From the IMG/VR virus record IMGVR_UViG_3300017748_000002, positions 1-64,000 of that record: a stretch of 64,000 bases of DNA. One strand, written 5' to 3'. The DNA comes from a virus. A program made the translations under genes and the position numbers. The notes beneath the pieces are model-generated. The model was not told the DNA's origin, searched no databases, and was given only the letters and a program-made list of their open reading frames with translations. How positions within the stretch are numbered: the stretch's first letter is position 1; each line of letters opens with the position of its first letter. Below, in pieces: positions 55,931-64,000 of this stretch.

Positions 55931-56556
55931 TTGCCGAGTATCATGTACCTCGTATATTGATCTGGAGTACCTTCATTAAATCTCTTCTTACCACCATAGA
56001 GTTCTTTGACATCAGCCTGAGCTGCGAGCTCTTGACCGGTCTTGACACAGTTAATATGGTCTGGTTCGTTTGTCTTGTCATTTGACTGTAGAGCTAAAAG
56101 AGTACGCTCAGGTTCTTCATAATACTCTTTTGTTGTGTTCATATTCCACATATGCTCACATGAAGTATTTATTACTAAATGTGTACGTCTTTTTTCTGTA
56201 TAAGTAAAGTAGTCCTGATTAAAAATACGTACGTTGTCATAACCAAAAAGATCACAATACTTCCAAATCATTTTACACGCCCATGAGTCAATCTCAAAAA
56301 TATCGATCTCACGAATTTGAATATTCCACTCATCCATTAGAAATTGAATAAGAGGAAACCCATACCATCCACCAATGATTTCTACACGAAACTTTCCGTT
56401 CTCATCTCTCGGAATCTGAACGTTTGGTAAACCTTCATAAACCAGCCACTCTTTACACTTAATCTGGTTTGGATGCAAAGAATCTATCCAACGATCTAAC
56501 ATAAATGAATGATTGTGACGAAGCCATTTCATCATTTCAGCATATTCAAGTTGCAT
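55921..56556 (-). CDS. Class I SAM-dependent methyltransferase-like protein
   Basis: IIGGWYG, IFEID, VINTSCEH, LQSN, HINC motifs. Confidence 0.7.
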   Translation of the reverse strand: MQLEYAEMMKWLRHNHSFMLDRWIDSLHPNQIKCKEWLVYEGLPNVQIPRDENGKFRVEIIGGWYGFPLIQFLMDEWNIQIREIDIFEIDSWACKMIWKYCDLFGYDNVRIFNQDYFTYTEKRRTHLVINTSCEHMWNMNTTKEYYEEPERTLLALQSNDKTNEPDHINCVKTGQELAAQADVKELYGGKKRFNEGTPDQYTRYMILGKWK

Positions 56557-56586
56557 ATACTACCCTCCGGATTAAATTCTTACTTT

Positions 56587-56641
56587 ATTATACACCATTT
56601 ATGTTCTCCCGTAAACAATAAAATGAGTTTTCTGCTCACTT
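56587..56641 (-). promoter_or_regulatory. Early promoter (minus strand), collapsed copy of the repeated cassette
   Basis: Reverse complement AAGTGAGCAGAAAA-CTCA-TTTTATTG-TTTACG, 17 nt, TATAAT. Confidence 0.7.
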
Positions 56642-57012
56642 ATTATTTCAAACGAATCGTATATTTCTTTGACATTATACCATCCAACTAGATCTTCGAC
56701 AGATTCAACTGGACAACAATCTCCGTTATGCTTTTCGTTATCACCGATGAGTAGTACATCTCCTTCGAGTGTAATAGGATATGTTTTTTCGCAGTTAGCA
56801 TGAACAACTAAATCAGCATTAAGATCTACGTCGTCAAACACGAAATCCTTGTTAATAAAGATAGGGCTATTCATGAATTTTGGATCGTAGTCAATTCCTT
56901 TTACGTTGATACCACATGATGCTAACTTATGTAGAAAATCTTTTCGAGCATTGCATGCTAAGAATATGATAGAATCATAGTTAAAGTATATCGATTCAAA
57001 TTTATCAATCAT
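56599..57012 (-). CDS. Degenerate methyltransferase-like protein
   Basis: GIDYD, DFVFD, DLVVHANCEK, HNGDC resembling neighbour's INTSCEH/HINC; ATG at 57012. Confidence 0.5.
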   Translation of the reverse strand: MIDKFESIYFNYDSIIFLACNARKDFLHKLASCGINVKGIDYDPKFMNSPIFINKDFVFDDVDLNADLVVHANCEKTYPITLEGDVLLIGDNEKHNGDCCPVESVEDLVGWYNVKEIYDSFEIISEQKTHFIVYGRT

Positions 57013-57697
57013 AGCTTTTCCATAATTTAACTGTATCTTTGTCAGCCTCGTCGAGCTCGTATGACTCCTCCACGATACCTTTGTTCCTCGCAATATGGGA
57101 TGTATTGAAAATAGAAATCTTTCCTTTTAACTCGAATCCTTGCCGATTATAATTTGTCACAAACCCTTCATCCCAGAACTTGAGACGATTATTTCTATGG
57201 TGTTGATAAAAGAGATATTTATCTAGAGACTTATATGTCCACTCAATCTTCTTCCAATTGTCATTAGTAAACTGAATAAGCCACTCAGGATTGTTGAACT
57301 TTACAAAAGAACTATTGACATGACAAGAACCGCCTTTACCATACCAAAGTAAAGATCGCTCGCGATAATCATTCCAATAGTTCCAAATCATGGTAAAATC
57401 GTTATCATTTTCAATGTCTGTAATATCGTCATGAATTAGCACGTCTAAATCAAGCCACACACCCTTCTCGTGTTTTTCCATAAGAATCAACTTCTCATAG
57501 GTAAACACACGATCCGTATCAAATTTTCTTAATGATTTGATATTTTTTACCTTTACTTCTTCGCGTAACATGTTATAATTATCTGTATAGCATGTTAATG
57601 TAAAGGGTTTTTTATAGTGCTTTTTGAGGCCGCCGTACAGCCGATTTACGTATTCGGGACCGTACTTGTCGCCCCATTTCAGTGTATAGAAATCCAT
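57005..57697 (-). CDS. Glycosyltransferase-like protein (KWG.KYGPEYVN family)
   Basis: LKWGDKYGPEYVNRL, CYTD, EKL, WLDLDV, VNSS; ATG at 57697. Confidence 0.7.
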   Translation of the reverse strand: MDFYTLKWGDKYGPEYVNRLYGGLKKHYKKPFTLTCYTDNYNMLREEVKVKNIKSLRKFDTDRVFTYEKLILMEKHEKGVWLDLDVLIHDDITDIENDNDFTMIWNYWNDYRERSLLWYGKGGSCHVNSSFVKFNNPEWLIQFTNDNWKKIEWTYKSLDKYLFYQHHRNNRLKFWDEGFVTNYNRQGFELKGKISIFNTSHIARNKGIVEESYELDEADKDTVKLWKSYD

Positions 57698-57705
57698 TAT
57701 AAATA
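57698..57705 (+). promoter_or_regulatory. T4-type late promoter driving the radical SAM operon
   Basis: TATAAATA 32 nt upstream of ATG 57738. Confidence 0.7.
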
Positions 57706-57737
57706 CCTCGTGTAACACTATATATAAAGGTTTCATT

Positions 57738-59162
57738 ATGAGCGTAGATGATCAGTTCCCCTCCTCCACTTTTTGTGCTTTACCGTGGATGCATCTTTCT
57801 ACTAGACCAAATGGTCATATGAGAGTATGTTGTACTGCGAATGCTTCAGGCGTCGCAGTAAACGCGAGCTCTACCAATAAGACTGTTTCAGAGTCTGGTG
57901 TACTTCGTAATGATGACGGTAAACCATCAAATCTCGCCACCACCGGTTTGATGGAATCGTGGAATAACGAATATATGCGTGGCGTTAGAAGGATGATGTT
58001 AAATGGAGAACAACCAAGCTCCTGTACAAAATGTTATAAAGAAGAAGAAGCTGGCCACATTTCTAAAAGAATCTGGGAAACTCGTAAGTGGATCAAAGAC
58101 CAAGGCGGGATTGAACCAATTATCGAAGGCACAGCAGAAGATGGATCAGTGGCTCCAAGAATACGCTATATCGACCTTCGCCTTGGCAGTAAGTGTCAGC
58201 TTGCATGCGTTATGTGCTCTCCTCATGATTCAAGTAATTGGGTAAAAGAACATAAAAAGATTTACCCTACACTTGAAAACAACAATCTGAAAAAGTCAAT
58301 GGCTTGGGAAAAAGAATCCGGCAAGTTAGCTTGGTCAGGTGGATCCTACAATTGGCATAAGAAGAATCCAAAGTTCTGGGATGAACTATACGAAACACTT
58401 CCGCATCTACGTCAATTGTACTTTGCTGGTGGTGAGCCACTCATTATGGATGAGCACTACATGTTGCTTGAGAAATGTATTGAAGATGGATTAGCACCAG
58501 ACATTGAATTACGTTATAACTCAAATGGTATTGAGTGGCGTGATGACTTGTTTGATCTATGGTCAAAGTTTCGTAATGTTATCTTTCACTTCAGTGTAGA
58601 TGACATTGAGATGAGAAATCATTTCATTCGGTATCCATCTAACTGGGAAGTTATTACAGGTTCAATTCAAAAGATGGATGATTATCCACACGGCAATCTT
58701 ACATTGACAACAGCCACAACAATTATGGCACTTAATATTATGTACATGCCAGAATTTATTAAATGGAAACTTGAATCAAACTTTAAGTTACTCAACAAAT
58801 GGCCAAATGGTGCCGGCATTTTCAATTGTCATCTTGCTTATTGGCCACCACAACTCAACGTAAAAGTTTTGCCTGAATGGTTTAAACAAGAAGTCAGACA
58901 GAAATATGAAGAAGAGTTGTATCCATATCTAGAAGAAAACTGGCAAAAATGCACAGGAGTAGAAGCTACTGACTATGATACATGGCGCAATTCCGAATAT
59001 GGAATCAATAGACTAGAAGGACTACTTACTTTTATGGAAGCTGAAGATTGGTCTGAAAGATTACCTGAAACTGCTGAATGGTGTTATAAAGTAGGAAAAG
59101 AAAGATTCCTTGATTTCAATGAAGTCTTTCCAGATCTCGATTGGTTGGAGTGGTATAAATGA
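57738..59162 (+). CDS. Radical SAM protein with N-terminal twitch domain
   Basis: FCALPW...VCC...CTKC N-terminal cluster; CQLACVMC; FAGGEP; YNSN. Confidence 0.88.
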   Translation: MSVDDQFPSSTFCALPWMHLSTRPNGHMRVCCTANASGVAVNASSTNKTVSESGVLRNDDGKPSNLATTGLMESWNNEYMRGVRRMMLNGEQPSSCTKCYKEEEAGHISKRIWETRKWIKDQGGIEPIIEGTAEDGSVAPRIRYIDLRLGSKCQLACVMCSPHDSSNWVKEHKKIYPTLENNNLKKSMAWEKESGKLAWSGGSYNWHKKNPKFWDELYETLPHLRQLYFAGGEPLIMDEHYMLLEKCIEDGLAPDIELRYNSNGIEWRDDLFDLWSKFRNVIFHFSVDDIEMRNHFIRYPSNWEVITGSIQKMDDYPHGNLTLTTATTIMALNIMYMPEFIKWKLESNFKLLNKWPNGAGIFNCHLAYWPPQLNVKVLPEWFKQEVRQKYEEELYPYLEENWQKCTGVEATDYDTWRNSEYGINRLEGLLTFMEAEDWSERLPETAEWCYKVGKERFLDFNEVFPDLDWLEWYK

Positions 59163-60481
59163 GTACGTTTTGTCCATTAGCTTGGAACTCAATTAATTTA
59201 AGAAATAATGGTGATCTTCGGATTTGTTGTAATACCAACAGCTATAGTCCGAAGAAAGGTATCATGCGTAAAGAAGATGGTACACCGTATAACGCTGGTC
59301 GTGACGATTTAAATGAAGCACGTAATGCTGAGATTGTAAAGGACGTTCGTGTTTCAATGATGAAAGGCGAATGGAATCCTGAATGTGAACGTTGCCGCCA
59401 AGAAGAAGTGAATGGTATTAGATCAAGGAGAGAATATGAATCAGAAGATTGGGACCTTACGCTTGAAGAGGCTATGGAAAAAACTAACGAGGACGGATCC
59501 ATTGATCCTACTGATTTTGATATCGAGTTTTTCGATATTCGTTACGGCAATTTCTGCAACCTTAAATGCCGTATGTGCGGGCCCACCGACAGTCACATGT
59601 GGTATTCAGATCATGTCGCCCTTTACAATACCACCAAGTATAAAGATACTCACGATCTCATCCAACTGACTAAGAATGAAAAAGGTAAATGGTCTACAGA
59701 CCAGTATGACTGGTTTAAGAACTCAAACTTCTATTGGAATAACTTCGAGAAACATACTGGTAAAGCAAAGAAACTTTACATTGTAGGTGGTGAACCACTC
59801 ATCATTGAAGAACACTTTGAATCACTTGAAAGATTGATTGCTGCGGGTAGAGCCAAAGACATTCAGATTGAATACAACAGTAACCTGACTAACGTTACTG
59901 ACCGCATCATGAAGATATGGGAAGAGTTTAAACAGGTTCGTATTGGTGTTTCAATCGATGGTTATGCTGATGTGTTTGAATATCAAAGAACACCAGCTAA
60001 GTGGAAGTCTGTTTATAAAAACATGAAAAAACTAAACGACAATCCGAATATTAATTTAAAGGGTTGGTTTGCTTTTACAGTAACTCCGTTTAATGTATTT
60101 CATTTGCCTGAGTTTATGAAATGGAAACTTGAAGAATCTGGACTCACACGGTATAATCCTATCACTGGTCCACGTCCTATTATTACTCAACATATGTGTC
60201 ATTCACCAAAGTATTACAATGTGAAAGTTCTACCGCAAATGTTGAAGGATGAAGTCTGTGATACATACCAGGAGTACATTGATTGGGTAATGGATTCAAA
60301 TCATTCTGATCATGTGAAAAAGAAATTTATTGAGATACTCGATGGTATTATGGATTTTATGAATTCCGAAGATTTTGCAACAGACCATTTGCAAGAGTTT
60401 ATTGACCATACAAAGAAACTTGATTTGATACGTGGCCAGAATATTTTAGATGTAGTGCCACAATACGAGGGATTATTTTGA
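59159..60481 (+). CDS. Radical SAM protein with N-terminal twitch domain
   Basis: FCPLAW...ICC...CERC; CNLKCRMC; VGGEP; YNSN; SIDG. Confidence 0.88.
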   Translation: MSTFCPLAWNSINLRNNGDLRICCNTNSYSPKKGIMRKEDGTPYNAGRDDLNEARNAEIVKDVRVSMMKGEWNPECERCRQEEVNGIRSRREYESEDWDLTLEEAMEKTNEDGSIDPTDFDIEFFDIRYGNFCNLKCRMCGPTDSHMWYSDHVALYNTTKYKDTHDLIQLTKNEKGKWSTDQYDWFKNSNFYWNNFEKHTGKAKKLYIVGGEPLIIEEHFESLERLIAAGRAKDIQIEYNSNLTNVTDRIMKIWEEFKQVRIGVSIDGYADVFEYQRTPAKWKSVYKNMKKLNDNPNINLKGWFAFTVTPFNVFHLPEFMKWKLEESGLTRYNPITGPRPIITQHMCHSPKYYNVKVLPQMLKDEVCDTYQEYIDWVMDSNHSDHVKKKFIEILDGIMDFMNSEDFATDHLQEFIDHTKKLDLIRGQNILDVVPQYEGLF

Positions 60482-61428
60482 AACAGGTAGCACAAAGAAT
60501 TAGTTGGAGAACACCTGAGACTCCGTTTGCCGTTCAATGGTACATGACACCAAGATGTAATTTTGATTGTGTCTACTGTATGCCATGGGATCCGGATAAT
60601 AAGTGGTCATACTATCATGACGATAAATCTAAACCACCAACATTTGATATAATGAAAACTTACGTAGATAAGATTATTGCTCATAGGGGAAATCATATTG
60701 AATGGGGTCTTGGCGGTGGCGAACCAACTGTTATTAAAGATCTTCCAAAGCTAGTAAAATATATTCGAAAAACAGATCCGTATGACTTGACAATTTGTAC
60801 AAATGGATCTTTACCAGAAAAGAAGCTTTTAAAATTATATGAAGATCTTGACGGTATGGTTATGTCATTACACATGGACTATGTTTCAAAGAATCCAGAT
60901 GAATATATCGAGAAATTGATTGCTCTCGAAGAACAACGTAGACCTGACCAAAGTTTGACAGCACGGTTTATTGTCAATCCTCTTCATATGGAATTGATCG
61001 ATAATATGTACCAAGAACTCATGATGGCTAGTATTAATAAGATCGATTTTCGAAATGTAAAGCTATTCAACGGTGAATCATTTTATAGTAATGAGCAAAT
61101 TAAAGTGATGGAATCATGGTACGACGAGTATGGTAAACAGACATCTAATATCATTCAAACGTTTGAAGATGGATCTGAAAAAGAAGTTAATTATGAATTA
61201 ATCACTTTGAATAATGAACATTCATACACTGGTTGGTCATGTATGGCTGGTATCGAACAATGCAATATTGATCCACTTGGAAGAGTCTCGGTTGGTAATT
61301 GTGCAGTTGGAGGATCTATTGGTAATTTAAATGATAATGATTTTACTTTCCCAACTGCACCTGTGACATGTACTAAACAATGGTGTTTAGATTATTGCGA
61401 TATTCGTACGACAAAATGGAAACCTTAA
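60478..61428 (+). CDS. Radical SAM protein with C-terminal twitch/SPASM-like domain
   Basis: CNFDCVYC, GGGEPT, TNGS; GWSCMAG...IDP.G....NC...C....CLDYCD. Confidence 0.85.
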   Translation: MKQVAQRISWRTPETPFAVQWYMTPRCNFDCVYCMPWDPDNKWSYYHDDKSKPPTFDIMKTYVDKIIAHRGNHIEWGLGGGEPTVIKDLPKLVKYIRKTDPYDLTICTNGSLPEKKLLKLYEDLDGMVMSLHMDYVSKNPDEYIEKLIALEEQRRPDQSLTARFIVNPLHMELIDNMYQELMMASINKIDFRNVKLFNGESFYSNEQIKVMESWYDEYGKQTSNIIQTFEDGSEKEVNYELITLNNEHSYTGWSCMAGIEQCNIDPLGRVSVGNCAVGGSIGNLNDNDFTFPTAPVTCTKQWCLDYCDIRTTKWKP

Positions 61429-62615
61429 ACTATTCTCAAACATTCTGTCCGATGCCTTTCAATCATTCTTATATCGGACCTGAGCAAATTAAAAAACCTT
61501 GCTCGCGATTTCTATTTCCGGAAATTGACCATGACAACTATGATCAATTCATTAAAGAACTTCAACAGTACAAGTTAAAAGGTGAAAGACATCCGGGTTG
61601 CCGTAAGTGTTGGGAAGAAGAAGATGCTGGTCGAAAAAGATCACTAAGGCAAATTCATCTTGAAGTCGGTGGATTTAACTATCCATTAGTACACGATCTA
61701 GATCCTCATGATCCAAAAATTCGTTGGCTTGAATTAGCATTTTCAAATCGTTGTAATATTCGCTGTCGTATGTGTGGTCCTTTCTACTCAACAAACTGGT
61801 TTAAAGATTGGGTAGCAGTAAATGAATATGCTTTTGGTGTACCGGGTGTAGGTAAAAAGAAAGAAGACATTGAAACATGGTTAGCAACAAATGGTAATAA
61901 ACCACAAGGGTTTGACATATCGGAATTAGATGAGCATATCCCACATTTACGTATGGTAAAGATGACTGGTGGAGAGCCGTTCATCATTCCGGAATATCAA
62001 CAAATTCTAGAACGTATTGATGAGATTGGTAACGCCGAAGGTATGTGGTTGAACTATAGTACTAACCTTACAGTCCGTCCAAAGAAAAGACTCAAAGAAC
62101 TCTGGCAAAAATACGAAAAGATAATGTTTGCTGCTTCGCTTGATGGAGTAGGGCATTTCCAAGAATACCAAAGATATCCGACTCAATGGTGTGACGTGAA
62201 ACAAGTGATGGATGATCTAATGGAGATTCCTAATTCTTGGGTTGGAGTCAGATCAACTATTACGATCTATAATGTTCTCAACATGTCAGGTATTGCTAAC
62301 TGGTTTGCTGAGCAAGAAGATAAATATCATGGATTCAGCGAAGACAGTTGGTTGAATTTTGTAGCTGTGTCTGAGCCAAATTTCTTATCAATCACCGTTT
62401 TACCAAAGTGGGCTAAAGATATGGTAGCTGAAAGATTATCATGGTCTGCACCATCAAGAAAAGTCCAAGATAATTTTGATCAAATAATCAATTATATGTA
62501 CAACCAAGATAATTCACACCTTCTTCCAAAATTCAAAGATTACACGAATAAATTAGATGCTGTTCGTAATGAAAGTTTTAAAGAAGTCAACCCTGAATTT
62601 GCGAGTCTAGTATGA
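61416..62615 (+). CDS. Radical SAM protein with N-terminal twitch domain
   Basis: FCPMPF...PC...GCRKCW; CNIRCRMC; TGGEP; STN; SLDG; ATG at 61416. Confidence 0.87.
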   Translation: METLNYSQTFCPMPFNHSYIGPEQIKKPCSRFLFPEIDHDNYDQFIKELQQYKLKGERHPGCRKCWEEEDAGRKRSLRQIHLEVGGFNYPLVHDLDPHDPKIRWLELAFSNRCNIRCRMCGPFYSTNWFKDWVAVNEYAFGVPGVGKKKEDIETWLATNGNKPQGFDISELDEHIPHLRMVKMTGGEPFIIPEYQQILERIDEIGNAEGMWLNYSTNLTVRPKKRLKELWQKYEKIMFAASLDGVGHFQEYQRYPTQWCDVKQVMDDLMEIPNSWVGVRSTITIYNVLNMSGIANWFAEQEDKYHGFSEDSWLNFVAVSEPNFLSITVLPKWAKDMVAERLSWSAPSRKVQDNFDQIINYMYNQDNSHLLPKFKDYTNKLDAVRNESFKEVNPEFASLV

Positions 62616-63517
62616 AATACGAAGAGTTATCATTTGACGATCTAGGAACTAAACGGCAAAGGCCGATGTTTTTAAGTACCTTTACTCAATTTCGTGCTAG
62701 CATGAATATGAGAACATACCCACATGATCCTCATGCTTATACAAAACACTTCTTAAATGAAATTGATATGTGGATTCATGCTCATAAATGGGTTCAGTAT
62801 AGAGGATTAGAACGCTTTCCAATACGTGAAGCCATACATGGAACGACTCATACACTTGATGAATTGCATTATCTACATAAAGGAAAGATTTGTGTGTTTG
62901 ACGGTGAATACAGATATCACGAAAGATTGCTTGGTTGGAAATTAAAAAAGATAAAAGCTGCTGATGAAATTTCGTTTGGTGATGTTCTTGTAGTATCATA
63001 TCCATCGTGTATTACTACAAATTATCTTCCAGATTTTGATGAAGTTCTTGATCATTGCTATAAAATAAATGTGCCAGTTCATATTGATGGAGCTTGGTTT
63101 GGTCAGTGTCGAAACTTTTATTTTAATGCTAGCCATCCAGCAATTCAATCAGTGTCTGTATCTTTATCGAAAGCTCTTGGTATGGGATCAAATAGAATTG
63201 GTATTCGTTACAGCCGAGAAAAAGTCGCAGGTCCTATTTCTATTATGAATGACTATAATTATTGTAATGTGTCTGATATGTGGATCGGTGTTGAAATGAT
63301 GAAATACTATGGTCCTGATTTTTGGTGGAAAAATTATACACCGTTGTATCAAAAAGTGTGTAAAGACTTTGGTTTAGAAGAATGCCACTCAATTCATCTT
63401 GGCAAAGGTGATACATATTATGGAATACGTACACCACTTCGATTGTTAATTGAAGGTAAGTACGATGAGCGTGGAACTGATAGAGGATTAAATGACATCG
63501 AAAGAAACGAAAAATAG
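62612..63517 (+). CDS. PLP-dependent enzyme (fold type I aminotransferase/aldolase-like)
   Basis: VHIDGAW (PLP Asp), SLSK (Schiff-base Lys), RIG. Confidence 0.7.
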   Translation: MKYEELSFDDLGTKRQRPMFLSTFTQFRASMNMRTYPHDPHAYTKHFLNEIDMWIHAHKWVQYRGLERFPIREAIHGTTHTLDELHYLHKGKICVFDGEYRYHERLLGWKLKKIKAADEISFGDVLVVSYPSCITTNYLPDFDEVLDHCYKINVPVHIDGAWFGQCRNFYFNASHPAIQSVSVSLSKALGMGSNRIGIRYSREKVAGPISIMNDYNYCNVSDMWIGVEMMKYYGPDFWWKNYTPLYQKVCKDFGLEECHSIHLGKGDTYYGIRTPLRLLIEGKYDERGTDRGLNDIERNEK

Positions 63518-64000
63518 AATCATTGATAATCCATTTGACATGGATACAATTGACATGATTCTTGAAAATACTCAAGATGAGCGTAGATACCTCGGTAAAG
63601 AAAAAAAGAACTGGGTACGAAGATTACCTGAAGCTGCTCAAGAATATATGAATAGACAGATGGATTGTTTCCAAGGTCGGTGGGTCTTTGAATACTTTCA
63701 TTCTGATGTCAATGTTTTATATCATACCGACACTATCCCTGGTAATGATGGTGATCTTGGTTGTATTGTTCCGATTGATTGGAGTGGTCATCAACCAGCA
63801 ACTCTTATGTACAAATGGTGGTCAGATCGAAGAGTAATATATGCTGGGTCAAATCAAGTTCGATATGAAGACACTGGTGAATTAGAATACTTACATTTAG
63901 GTTATCATTCAGTTGATATGATTTTTGAATGGGATAGAGAGAAAGCGCTTATATTCGATTGTAAGCAATTACATTCAGCTCGAAAGTTTAATCAAAGCGC
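63492..64000 (+). CDS. 2OG-Fe(II) oxygenase-like protein (partial, runs off window)
   Basis: Hand translation from ATG 63492: LYHTD...IVP...LIFDCKQLHSA (HxD...H facial triad). Confidence 0.65.
   Translation, partial: MTSKETKNRIIDNPFDMDTIDMILENTQDERRYLGKEKKNWVRRLPEAAQEYMNRQMDCFQGRWVFEYFHSDVNVLYHTDTIPGNDGDLGCIVPIDWSGHQPATLMYKWWSDRRVIYAGSNQVRYEDTGELEYLHLGYHSVDMIFEWDREKALIFDCKQLHSARKFNQS

Noticed and set aside
1-64000. Alternative genetic code, tRNA or rRNA genes
   Set aside because: Conserved genes are full length in the standard code, all three stops are used, and no cloverleaf or rRNA-like segment was seen in the short intergenic spaces (by eye only).

Overview
This window is a 64-kb segment of a large T4-like myovirus genome (AT-rich, gene-dense). 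It is probably marine with a proteobacterial host; that is inferred from gene content, not shown. From left to right: (1) 1-9.1 kb, a block of putative head-internal proteins, many starting with T4 capsid-targeting-like N-termini, including a ligase-fold protein and a HIGH-type nucleotidyltransferase. It also holds an unannotated 9-Cys metallothionein-like micro-ORF and an overlapping spanin pair. (2) 9.2-17 kb, DNA-metabolism and early genes: class II B12-dependent RNR, GIY-YIG nuclease, DenV-like glycosylase, PhoH, exonuclease, HAD nucleotidase. (3) 17.1-24.7 kb, a glycan island with about 7 glycosyltransferase-like genes, 2 methyltransferases and UDP-galactopyranose mutase. (4) 24.7-31.6 kb, an accessory early region of small ORFs behind repeated promoter cassettes, a half-size Na+/Pi transporter behind a Pho-box-like site, then gp33 and gp32. 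(5) 31.6-53 kb, tail and baseplate genes (tape-measure-like, gp51/gp26 with a probable -1 frameshift, gp54, gp2, gp4, gp48, gp53, hub, gp5, gp25, gp6, gp7, gp9-like, gp8, a split VrlC/DUF4815 protein, fibre-like proteins). (6) 53-64 kb, a divergent biosynthetic-type cluster of six radical SAM enzymes, three glycosyltransferase-like, two methyltransferase-like, one PLP-dependent enzyme and a 2OG-Fe(II) oxygenase. This cluster lies next to the tail-fibre genes and is the best candidate for an undescribed system. All product calls come from motif recognition by eye; no database searches were run. No tRNA, rRNA or CRISPR array was seen.
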